Below are positions 31,021-39,713 of a DNA stretch of 64,000 nucleotides, in pieces. The position numbers and the translations under genes are program-made. The notes below the pieces were generated by a model. The model was not told where the DNA came from, did no database searches, and saw nothing but the letters and a program-made list of their open reading frames with translations. How positions within the stretch are numbered: position 1 is the stretch's first letter; each line of letters begins with the position of its first letter. Origin of the DNA: an uncultured bacterium (lineage in GTDB: Bacteria > Verrucomicrobiota > Verrucomicrobiia > Verrucomicrobiales > DEV007); NCBI GenBank assembly GCA_963977015.1, contig CAXBMO010000004.1, positions 320,001 through 384,000 on the forward strand, given 5' to 3'.

Positions 31021-32496
31021 CTACCTTCGGGCGGAACGTCCATCCTCCGAGCCGGAACGCTGGGTTCCTCGCTTGTTGGGGAAGAGATCGTACTTGTCCA
31101 GTTTTTCGCGCAAGGTCACCCGGGAAACTCCCAGCAACCGGGAAAGCTTGCTCTGGTTGCCTCCTGCATAGTTGATGGCTTCGGAATAGGCGGCCCGCTC
31201 GAATTCTTCCTGCAAAATGGAGAACACCCGTGCTTCCTCTCCCGCCTCCGCTTTTTGCAGCAAATCACGCATCCGTTTTGCCACATTCAGCTCATCCGAC
31301 ACGGCGGAGAGTGGAACAGCGGTCAACAGCTCGTCGACCAGTTGCGCGGTGATGGCATACCCTTGATTCTGGAGGAGCGCTCTTCGTATGACGCTTTCGA
31401 GTTCCGTTACATTTCCCGGCCAGGAGTAGTCCATCAGCCGGTCGTACGCTTCGGGTTCAATTTCCGGAACGATCACGTCCAGGGAGGCGGCATACTGGTC
31501 CAGGATGTACTCAGCCAGCATTCGCACATCGCCTTCGCGCTCTCGAAGTGGCGGCACATAGACGTGAGCGGCATTGAGCCTCAGGAAAAAATCCTCGTTC
31601 ACTTCCTGCTCTTGAATCGCGTTCTCCAGATCGGAATTTGTCGCCGCTATCAACCGGACATTCGCCGGAATTTTCTCGAAACCTCCAATCCGTGTGAATC
31701 CCTGGTCCTGAAGTAGTTGAAGCAGTTTTGCCTGAATCTGGGGTTCGATTTCGCCCAGCTCATCCAAAAACAGGGTCCCACCATGGGCTTGCTCGATCCG
31801 CCCTATTCTGCGGGTGATAGCACCGGGAAACGCGCCTTTCTCATGCCCAAACAACTCGCTCTCCAGCATCGGCTCCGAGATCGTTGCACAGTTCACGGCG
31901 ATGAACGGTTTGTCAGCCCGGTCGCTATGTTGCCAGATGGCCCGGGCGACGAGATTCTTCCCTGTCCCGGCCTCGCCTCGAATCAAAACCGCGTCCGTTT
32001 TGTCTGCGATCCGACCCATATCCTTGTAGACTTGGTGCATGGCCCGGCTGTTGCCGATGATGAAATCCGTATCCTTCTGTTTGGCCGCGAGTTGCCCAAT
32101 TTGGACTCGCTTCTGGGTCAACCGAAACGCCTCAACCGCCCGCTCGACGGCTTCGAACAGCTCATGAGGCTGGTAGGGTTTCAAGATGTAGTCGTAGGCT
32201 CCTTTTCGAGTCGCTTCGATCGCCAGACTTGCCGTTCCGTGGGCAGTCATGAGAATCACCGGCAGGTGCGGATTTGACTCTCGCAACTTCTCCAGGAGCT
32301 CCATTCCCCCGACTTCAGGCATGCGAAAGTCGGTCAAAACAAGGTCGTATTTGGGCCCGCTTGCCGCGAGTTCCAACCCTTCCCGACCATTCTTTGCCCA
32401 ATCCACGGCGTATCCTTCCCGCTCCAAAAGTCGCTTGGTCACTCGGCCAACAGCTGGCTCATCTTCCACCAAAAGCAGAATCGGGTCCGAAGCCAT
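31021..32496 (-). CDS. NtrC-like response regulator (REC-AAA+-Fis HTH) with degenerate sigma54-interaction motifs
   Basis: REC (VEDE, TDFRMP, KP); GEAGTGK; ESELFGHEKGAFPGA; LFLDE; WPGNVTEL; GNQSKLSRLLGVSRVTLREKL. Confidence 0.92.
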   Translation of the reverse strand: MASDPILLLVEDEPAVGRVTKRLLEREGYAVDWAKNGREGLELAASGPKYDLVLTDFRMPEVGGMELLEKLRESNPHLPVILMTAHGTASLAIEATRKGAYDYILKPYQPHELFEAVERAVEAFRLTQKRVQIGQLAAKQKDTDFIIGNSRAMHQVYKDMGRIADKTDAVLIRGEAGTGKNLVARAIWQHSDRADKPFIAVNCATISEPMLESELFGHEKGAFPGAITRRIGRIEQAHGGTLFLDELGEIEPQIQAKLLQLLQDQGFTRIGGFEKIPANVRLIAATNSDLENAIQEQEVNEDFFLRLNAAHVYVPPLREREGDVRMLAEYILDQYAASLDVIVPEIEPEAYDRLMDYSWPGNVTELESVIRRALLQNQGYAITAQLVDELLTAVPLSAVSDELNVAKRMRDLLQKAEAGEEARVFSILQEEFERAAYSEAINYAGGNQSKLSRLLGVSRVTLREKLDKYDLFPNKRGTQRSGSEDGRSARR

Positions 32497-32563
32497 CTTT
32501 CTACTGAAGGGCTGAAGTTGATCTGGAAGACGTGATTGCCATTGGAACGTAAAATCAGGCTAC

Positions 32564-32593
32564 CTGTACAGAAAGTTTACACCAACTGTACAG
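32564..32593. promoter_or_regulatory. Candidate operator/UAS: two CTGTACAG palindromes 22 bp apart
   Basis: CTGTACAGA at 32564 and 32586; also reads TGTA-N9-TACA at 32565-32581; lies between the regulator and the divergent operon. Confidence 0.5.
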
Positions 32594-32762
32594 AGCTAGT
32601 TCAGAGCTGGAGGCCTAACAAGCGTAAAATCGGAAAATTCCCCCGAGAAAACACGAAATATTATAATTGTCATAAAAGTTATTTCGATTCTCTCTCTTCA
32701 AGCGAGCTTCTCATTGTCGTTGAAACACACCGGTTCAACGCCACCCCAGAACACATCTCACC

Positions 32763-33305
32763 ATGAAAGCTCAGTCTTCACTTTATCTCTTCTTTACCTG
32801 TTCCCTTTTCGCATCTCCATCCATTTCGAATGCGGAGCCACTTCGCGATTCGGTCATGCGCCCAAGCCTCGGCGGAGGTCAGATTTACCGGACCCAAGCC
32901 AACCCGGTCAACACGGGCAACTTCAAAACTGGAGTTCAGATTGAAGGAAACCGGGTGCTCTTGACCCACAATGGCGGCCGATGGGTTGAAGATTCCGTCC
33001 ATGTCGCCAACATCGCGGAACTAGGCAAGGACCGGCAGAGTGCGGTGGAACTGGTAACGGTTGTTCCTCATCAGCGCCTGAACCTACCTCCGCAAAACCT
33101 GATGTCGGTAAGCGGGAATCAGTGGAGTGAGCATACGCAGTCTCAATCCACCAAACGAGACGAAATCATTCACACGTATTCCCCCCCTGCGGAACTCACT
33201 CCCCGCCAGTACCCCACACGGCCAACCACAAAAGCAACCACTGCAAAACCGAAAAGCTCAGGATTTCTCTCCAACCTCTTCGCTTCGCTCTTCGGCACGA
33301 AGTAG
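32763..33305 (+). CDS. Secreted hypothetical protein
   Basis: Signal peptide (MKAQSSLYLFFTCSLFASPSISNA), beta-rich core, Thr/Pro linker, amphipathic C-terminus GFLSNLFASLF. Confidence 0.7.
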   Translation: MKAQSSLYLFFTCSLFASPSISNAEPLRDSVMRPSLGGGQIYRTQANPVNTGNFKTGVQIEGNRVLLTHNGGRWVEDSVHVANIAELGKDRQSAVELVTVVPHQRLNLPPQNLMSVSGNQWSEHTQSQSTKRDEIIHTYSPPAELTPRQYPTRPTTKATTAKPKSSGFLSNLFASLFGTK

Positions 33306-33341
33306 GCGGCTGAATCCTCTGAAACAAACACACACATCACC

Positions 33342-35468
33342 ATGAAAACTATGGGTATTTTCAGGTCTAACTTCAAAGCGATCACGGCAGGCTTGTTGGC
33401 CTTGTCCGTCGGCGGCCAAGCTGCCATTGCCGAGAACCTCCAATTCGTCGAAACCGCCGAAGTCAGCAAAGCTGATCTCCTTCAGGAACTCGTCACGATC
33501 CAAAAGCAGGCCGAGATCCAACTCGAGCATCACCGCAGAGAGGCGTTGGAATTCCAATCCCGCGCCGAGCGACTGGAGGGTCTTCAGCAAAAGGGCTACG
33601 CATCGGTGGTTGAGGTTCGGGAAGCCAACCTGAACACGGAAAAAGAGGAACTTCAGGCCAACAGCTTTGCCGCCATTCATCAAATGGCGAGCGAGATGGT
33701 TGACTTCGTCTCCACGGAAAACTTCGGACCGGCATCGGAACAGAAGCCAACCCTGAACCTGAGCCTCCCAACCGTCACTGTCGATCTCGCCGGAATTCGG
33801 TTAATGGGCTACACGCGTCCTGCAAACGAAGAGTTCGCCGAGGTCGCCTTCGACTACCTCTATAACCAGCAGGAAAATGCCCGAGCTGCCGTTCTTTCCG
33901 CAGATTCGGACAGCCGGGTGGCGCAGTGGAACCGGACCCTGAACTTTCCAGGCGCCCACCCAGCTGAAATCCGCCACATTCAGCGAAAAATCGCCAACAC
34001 GGAAACCCGCTGGCAGTTGGGTGGATTGGACAGGCTCATGATCGAACGCGACCTCCAGCGTTTGGAGCGCTTCGGCCGCCACTTGTCGCTCATTGAAGAC
34101 GGCGATGATCTTCCCTGTGCGTTTCCAGTTTTGAGCCAACCCCTGTTTCTGGGAGCTGGAGAAAACGTCCTCTCTCTGGAGCTCAACGATGAATCGTTGG
34201 CTCTGGTTCTTCCCGTCGCCGCAGCGATGGCCAGTCATGAAGGCCCGGTCCTCGTCCAGGAATCCAGACTGAATGATGCCGAGCGGAAACTCCGATGGAT
34301 CAAACGCGCCTATGACCGCGGCGCCGCCAGTTCCCGGGAATACGACCAGGCACATCTGGATAGCCACATTGCGAATGAGGTTCTGCAAGGAATGAAAGCC
34401 AACCTCGAAGCTGAGAAACTGAACTTCGTCAGATTGGCAACCCTGGCGCGGGAGAGAGGTTTGGAACTTCCCTCCGAGGGCGATCTGCAAAAAGAACTTC
34501 CCTCAATGGAAGATCTCCTCACCGAGATCCGGACCTACCGGGAAGGATCCACCCGGAGCACGTCAGTGCTTCTTGGCCTCGCCAACCGATTCCAGGAAAG
34601 CGCGCTCGCTTCGGCACAGGTTCAAGCCACCAAATTGGAGAAGGACTGGCACCAGGCCCAATGGGAAAAGAGCCAAAAACTCACCAACGCCAGGAAGTCA
34701 GAACTCGAACGCTTGGAGTCCAAATTCCAGCAGTCCACCGCAAAAACCATCGACGCGACGGAGAAAGAACAGCTCCGTTATCTGGAGTTGCAGCAATGGA
34801 TGAAAGCCTCCGAACTCCCCTCTGATCTGGAGCCTGATTCCGAGATCTCTGCGGAAATGATTCGCCTCGCCCAACCAGTTGCCGAAGCACGGGTCATTGC
34901 CGCTCAACACTATCGCTCAGCCCGCGAAATTGACCGCGACTACCGCTTGGATTTGCTTGGCAAATTGGACAGTCTTCATCAGCGGGGAAAAGCCCGAAGC
35001 AGCGAAGTCGCCAACGCCAAACAGAATCTCGCCATCTCGGAAGGCCGGTTGCAATCATCCGAACATCATTTGATGTCCATCCTCTCCGAGAAGCAGCTCA
35101 TCGCCAGCCTGATGGATTCCACCGATGCCAATGGGAAGGTGAATCTGGCTCAGCTCGGAGGTTCGCCCATGCAGCTCATCATCGAACTTTGTCACCATCA
35201 ACTCCGACCTGATCCAGGTATTATCCAGGAGTTGGAAGCCCGGCTTGAACAAGTCACGACCCGTCGTGACAAGCTGGCTGAACTCGCGGCAAAAGGTTAC
35301 GCATCAAACTTGGAAGTCACTCAAATGAAAGAAGCCGTCAACCATTACACCATCGCCTTGGGAGGCTTTCAAGGCCGGGAAGACATGGGTAAACTCCGCT
35401 CCGAACTCGTCGATCACGGATTGCAGCCAACTGGCTTGCTTCCGGTCTCGGGAACACCGGCGAAGTAG
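33342..35468 (+). CDS. Secreted all-helical protein with repeated MFP/TolC-type hairpin-tip motifs
   Basis: Signal peptide ending AAIA; repeats such as RLEGLQQKGYASVVE, WIKRAYDRGAASSRE, KLDSLHQRGKARSSE, KLAELAAKGYASNLE. Confidence 0.8.
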   Translation: MKTMGIFRSNFKAITAGLLALSVGGQAAIAENLQFVETAEVSKADLLQELVTIQKQAEIQLEHHRREALEFQSRAERLEGLQQKGYASVVEVREANLNTEKEELQANSFAAIHQMASEMVDFVSTENFGPASEQKPTLNLSLPTVTVDLAGIRLMGYTRPANEEFAEVAFDYLYNQQENARAAVLSADSDSRVAQWNRTLNFPGAHPAEIRHIQRKIANTETRWQLGGLDRLMIERDLQRLERFGRHLSLIEDGDDLPCAFPVLSQPLFLGAGENVLSLELNDESLALVLPVAAAMASHEGPVLVQESRLNDAERKLRWIKRAYDRGAASSREYDQAHLDSHIANEVLQGMKANLEAEKLNFVRLATLARERGLELPSEGDLQKELPSMEDLLTEIRTYREGSTRSTSVLLGLANRFQESALASAQVQATKLEKDWHQAQWEKSQKLTNARKSELERLESKFQQSTAKTIDATEKEQLRYLELQQWMKASELPSDLEPDSEISAEMIRLAQPVAEARVIAAQHYRSAREIDRDYRLDLLGKLDSLHQRGKARSSEVANAKQNLAISEGRLQSSEHHLMSILSEKQLIASLMDSTDANGKVNLAQLGGSPMQLIIELCHHQLRPDPGIIQELEARLEQVTTRRDKLAELAAKGYASNLEVTQMKEAVNHYTIALGGFQGREDMGKLRSELVDHGLQPTGLLPVSGTPAK

Positions 35469-35511
35469 ACTTGCCTTCCCTTTCCCCCGCCAGCCGTCTT
35501 TTCCCAAAGCG

Positions 35512-36336
35512 ATGCGATCCCACTATCTTAGCTCGATCCTCTGCCTCGCTTCAGCTCTTTCGGCAAACGCCCTGGTCACCAACCAAAGCAATCATCTCAC
35601 CACATCCGAAGAAGCCCTCCAAAACCACATCCGGAAAGTTATACCCAATAGCAAATCCTTCCCCTATTGGGGAAATGTGGGCCGCGTCCACCTGAGCACG
35701 GGAATCTATCTAGGAAATGGCTACGTCTTGACCGCAGCCCATGTAGGACCAGGAACCTTCCTACTTTCCGATGGTAGCGAGTATCCGGTGGTTCGCGGCT
35801 CGGCGGCTGTCTACCGAAATGCAGACAACTCGCAGACTGAGCTCTGCATCTTTAAAGTCGAAAGCCGCCGGAAGGATAGCCTGCGGAAATTGCCCTCCAT
35901 CAACATCAGATCCACGCCTCCAGACGTGGGAGAACTGATCCTCATGATCGGGCATGGTGCCAGCCAATACCCGGGCGACACCAAATGGGTCCAGGACGGA
36001 AAAAAGCGTTGGGGATGCAACCTGGTTTCCCGCATTGCCAGGCAACCCTTCGCCAACAGCTTTGGCCAAACCCATGGCTACTATACCAGGTTCGACCACG
36101 GATTGTTTGACTGTCAGGGGGCTTCCGGAGATTCCGGAGGCCCGGCATTCTACTATGATCAGGAGCAACAAGAGTGGCTCTTGACCGGGATGCTTGCCGC
36201 GGTGACCACTCCGGTCCATTTGGAGGAAACCAAGCACGGCGATTCCACCTTCATTGCTGACTTGAGGCCCATGTTGAGCAACCCCATCAAGATCATCGAC
36301 TCCCGCCTGGAATCCAGCCGGGTCGCTCGCAAGTAG
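35512..36336 (+). CDS. Secreted trypsin-like (S1) serine protease
   Basis: Signal peptide; YVLTAAHV and GDSGGP motifs. Confidence 0.88.
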   Translation: MRSHYLSSILCLASALSANALVTNQSNHLTTSEEALQNHIRKVIPNSKSFPYWGNVGRVHLSTGIYLGNGYVLTAAHVGPGTFLLSDGSEYPVVRGSAAVYRNADNSQTELCIFKVESRRKDSLRKLPSINIRSTPPDVGELILMIGHGASQYPGDTKWVQDGKKRWGCNLVSRIARQPFANSFGQTHGYYTRFDHGLFDCQGASGDSGGPAFYYDQEQQEWLLTGMLAAVTTPVHLEETKHGDSTFIADLRPMLSNPIKIIDSRLESSRVARK

Positions 36337-36372
36337 CGGCCAAACACAGCCCTTTTTGCCCTACCGTTGCCC

Positions 36373-38085
36373 TCAACGAAACGTCGCCTTCAACGGTTCG
36401 GCACGTTCGAACAGCAACCTCACTTCTTCGTCGGAAAGTGCGCGACGCCAGATCGCCAACTCATCAACGTTCCCTCCCAACCCTGCCAAATCTCCCGCAT
36501 TGCCATTCGTTCCGATTCGCAACCGATGCGTTGCGGGAAAGTGGGAACCCAGCGCCTTGTAGTTGAGATTTCCAACCTGCTCCCCATCGACAAACGCGCT
36601 CAGGGTTGACTCCCCTGGGTCGACGACCATGACCACTTGGTGCCAATTCCCATCACGCAGGACAGGCCAACGCCCACCGATCTGAGCCCTGTTGGAACCG
36701 TTGCACAGTCGAACCTGGAGCACATCACGATGGAGCGAAATCAGCCAACCCGGATCGGTCTTTTGGACCCCGCCATTGCCGAGCACCCGAATTTCCTTGC
36801 TGGCTCGGCCCCTCGATGGTGCCAATTGGATCCACAGACTCACCGTCATGGGTTCGTCGCGTAGCGCAAAGGTGCGCACTTTCCCAAACACGAGTCCGGA
36901 AGTCTCGTCGAGCTGGACCCCTTGATCAAATTTGCCCTCCGCGCGCCCCGGCATACCCACTCCCATTCCCTGATAGGGCGCCGTGCCGGCATAACCACGG
37001 GTCTCAGCATCGAGCGGCCAATATCCGAACAGGGACTCCGCTTCCGGCGGCAAAACTCCCGTCATGACAACCTCAGGACCCGGCGCGTCCGCAATCCCCA
37101 GGGGATCGGCAACGAGATCCCGTCGTTCCGGGTCAAAATACCAGGTGGCAAACCAACCCGCTCCAATCGCCAGCGCGATTAGCATGAGAATCAGAATCGT
37201 CGCGGAAGCCGATTTTTTGGTCACTTCACGGGAAACCCGTGCCACCTCTCCCGTCGTCGGCAGCTTCATCTTCGACACCCCAACATCCTCACCCGACGTT
37301 GCCGCCGGGGTGTGCATCGCCCGGGTGAACTGCTCCGAATTCTGCAACGCCGATGTATGGTGATCGATGATTTGAAGAAAGTAGGGAAAGGCGGACGAAC
37401 CGGACGCCGCCAAGTCTGCGCGATACTCCTCGGGATCGAATTCGATCCTCCGAAAATAGACATTCCCGGTATCGTCATCAAAAATCACATAACGCGCCCG
37501 GATGTCCTCGGGATTCCGCGGTTCGCCAACGGAACCTACGTTGATGATGTAACGCTGGTTGGGCTGACACTGAAAGTCCTCGTCCGGTTCCTGACTCACC
37601 AGACCATCCGCTTCCACAAACACGGTCGGATGATGGGTGTGACCGATGAAGGTGCACCAATGTCCGGTTGCGCCGAGATCTTCGCAGGCTTTCTCCACCG
37701 TCTCGACGTAGTCGAACCGGTCGGGAGCGGCCACTTCCGCGTGAACAAAGAGCAGGTTCTCCACTTCCGTCGCGTAGGGAACGTTGTTGAGAAACTCCAG
37801 TGCTTCTTCGTCCAACAAGGCGCGAGTGTGGGCGATCCCAGCTTTCGCGTTATCATTGAAATACGAAGAATCGAGACGGCCACAAGCCGCCGCATCGTGG
37901 TTGCCAAGGACAAACGCATGGGAGTTTTCCCGAATGCTTTGCAAGACTTCCGCAGGCCTCGGCCCGTATCCAACGGCATCTCCCAGACAAATCAACACCT
38001 CGCATTCGTTTGCCCGAATATCCGCCAACGTCGCTTCCCAAGCTTGGTTGTTCGCATGAATATCGGAAAAAATGGCGTAACGCAT
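36373..38085 (-). CDS. Metallophosphoesterase fused via one TM helix to a LamG/concanavalin-A-like domain
   Basis: SDIH, GDAVGYGP, GNHD, GHTH, NVGSVGEPR; TM ATILILMLIALAIGAGWFATWYF; TVSLW...WHQVVMV...FVDG...GNVDELAIWRRALS. Confidence 0.88.
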   Translation of the reverse strand: MRYAIFSDIHANNQAWEATLADIRANECEVLICLGDAVGYGPRPAEVLQSIRENSHAFVLGNHDAAACGRLDSSYFNDNAKAGIAHTRALLDEEALEFLNNVPYATEVENLLFVHAEVAAPDRFDYVETVEKACEDLGATGHWCTFIGHTHHPTVFVEADGLVSQEPDEDFQCQPNQRYIINVGSVGEPRNPEDIRARYVIFDDDTGNVYFRRIEFDPEEYRADLAASGSSAFPYFLQIIDHHTSALQNSEQFTRAMHTPAATSGEDVGVSKMKLPTTGEVARVSREVTKKSASATILILMLIALAIGAGWFATWYFDPERRDLVADPLGIADAPGPEVVMTGVLPPEAESLFGYWPLDAETRGYAGTAPYQGMGVGMPGRAEGKFDQGVQLDETSGLVFGKVRTFALRDEPMTVSLWIQLAPSRGRASKEIRVLGNGGVQKTDPGWLISLHRDVLQVRLCNGSNRAQIGGRWPVLRDGNWHQVVMVVDPGESTLSAFVDGEQVGNLNYKALGSHFPATHRLRIGTNGNAGDLAGLGGNVDELAIWRRALSDEEVRLLFERAEPLKATFR

Positions 38086-38169
38086 TTGGTTTGTGATCCG
38101 GCTGTCCGGAAACGATTATGGCCCTGCTAGGATACTTTGCCATGCCAAATCCGGCATTGGCAACTGAAT

Positions 38170-39597
38170 TTAAAATGTGACAACATAGAAGGCTCCCTGC
38201 GAAATGTCGGCAGCGTCTTCCGCCGGAACCCAGCGCTCGGTGTAACGCTCGCCCCAACTATCACTAAACGCAATCTCGTTGGTCTCCTCGTTGTAACCGA
38301 TAATCAGGGTGATATGCGCCCGATCGCGATCCTTGGCAAGCTCCCGGCCTTCCATCTCCGTCGCCAGTCTCTCCGCATACGCGTCCCAATCCTGCACGGT
38401 CTGGCGCCGCTTGGTGGTATCATTCGCCAACTGATTGAACGGCTCGGTGGAGTACATTCCCCACATGACCGGAATTCCTTCGTCGAGATACTTCGCGAGC
38501 TTGCGAAACTCCATTTCATCCATCCGAAACGTGTCAAATCCACGCCCTTTGCGTCGAATATCGCTTCCCACAGCATCCATCAGCGCGTTTCCGCTGGTTC
38601 CACCACCCATCGCCGTTTCACCCGCCATCGCCAACAAATACATGTCGGCCGGGATGCCGAGATAGCGCATGCAACGCTCGAACGTCGCCGGCACGCAGTA
38701 GCCTTTCGGTCCCTGATCCACCATCGGCAGGTTGGTCACGATCACGTCCCCGTTTTCCCTCCGCTCCACATTCGAGCGCGCCAACTTCCGGATGTCGAGG
38801 TCTTTGACCCGCTCCGACTGTCCCCCGGCATCGGCGAACGCCTTCGGCTGAATCTCCAAACTCACATACTCGTTTTCCTGCTCAAAAATCAGAAACGCGT
38901 GATCATTCCAATTCCAGCGCAAGACATTCTGCCGGCTGGAGCCCTCGCCAAATCGCTGCTTCTGCCCTTCGCCGAGCAGATCGGTCAGTTTTTCCGAAAG
39001 CGTCGCCACATCCGCCTCAATCAACGCGTTCAGAGCTTCGAGCTGATCACCCGCGCCTAACGCGGAAACACTGTCACCCTTGTTCGCAAACACCAGCGAC
39101 ATGGACGTGACCCCATCGTTCTCGCCATAGAGCGCCGCCGAATACGGCCGCGTTCCCAGCAACCGGAAATCGGCGCGCGGATAATCGCGAAAACTGCTGA
39201 CAAACTCCGTCTTCGACTCGCGCCGCCAATTCAGACGTCCGGCCACGTCTTCCGGTAGATCGTCCCACAGGTGAGTGTCCGCAAAAATCGGGTGGCCCAA
39301 CGTTTCGTTCACCACTTCCACGGCAACGTCGCTGGTCGCTCCCGGCGCGGTCGATCTCGGCATCGGCTTCCAACTCGCGATCATCTCCTGATCCGTCCCC
39401 ACGAACATCGTTGAGGCGACGGTGAACGATCGCCCGTCACGCCGCTCAATCGTGACGTTACCGCCGCTCACAGCCACGATTTTCGCCTCGATTTTCTGGC
39501 CTTTCGTGTTCGTGAAGACATGGAATTCGTCCTCAGCCACGGCCGCAGAAGCGCCAAGGAGCACCAATAGAGCAACAAGAAGTCGGTTTATCGTCAT
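38170..39597 (-). CDS. Secreted protein: SHD1-like N-terminal domain plus C39/papain-like peptidase domain
   Basis: FTNTKGQKIEAKIV...DQE.I (SHD1-like); DQGPKGYCVPA, HITLIIGYN, FSDSWG. Confidence 0.8.
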   Translation of the reverse strand: MTINRLLVALLVLLGASAAVAEDEFHVFTNTKGQKIEAKIVAVSGGNVTIERRDGRSFTVASTMFVGTDQEMIASWKPMPRSTAPGATSDVAVEVVNETLGHPIFADTHLWDDLPEDVAGRLNWRRESKTEFVSSFRDYPRADFRLLGTRPYSAALYGENDGVTSMSLVFANKGDSVSALGAGDQLEALNALIEADVATLSEKLTDLLGEGQKQRFGEGSSRQNVLRWNWNDHAFLIFEQENEYVSLEIQPKAFADAGGQSERVKDLDIRKLARSNVERRENGDVIVTNLPMVDQGPKGYCVPATFERCMRYLGIPADMYLLAMAGETAMGGGTSGNALMDAVGSDIRRKGRGFDTFRMDEMEFRKLAKYLDEGIPVMWGMYSTEPFNQLANDTTKRRQTVQDWDAYAERLATEMEGRELAKDRDRAHITLIIGYNEETNEIAFSDSWGERYTERWVPAEDAADISQGAFYVVTF

Positions 39598-39713
39598 TGG
39601 GGGTTTTTTGGATAAAACAGGTCTCTATCTAGCGCAGGTCATGGATTTTGGCCAGCAGGATCGTGGATTCCGGAATTCCGCCGATTCACGCCAAATCGCT
39701 TGATCTTCCCACG

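Noticed and set aside
32497-32762. Sigma54 (-24/-12) promoter for the secreted operon
   Set aside because: TGGAACG at about 32543 is not followed by TTGC at the right spacing, and I found no convincing GG-N10-GC by eye.
32751-33347. Shared ACACATC(TC)ACCATGAAA before the first two operon genes as a specific regulatory motif
   Set aside because: A similar A/C-rich leader precedes dcd (ACACACCACCATG), so it is more likely a general translation-initiation context.
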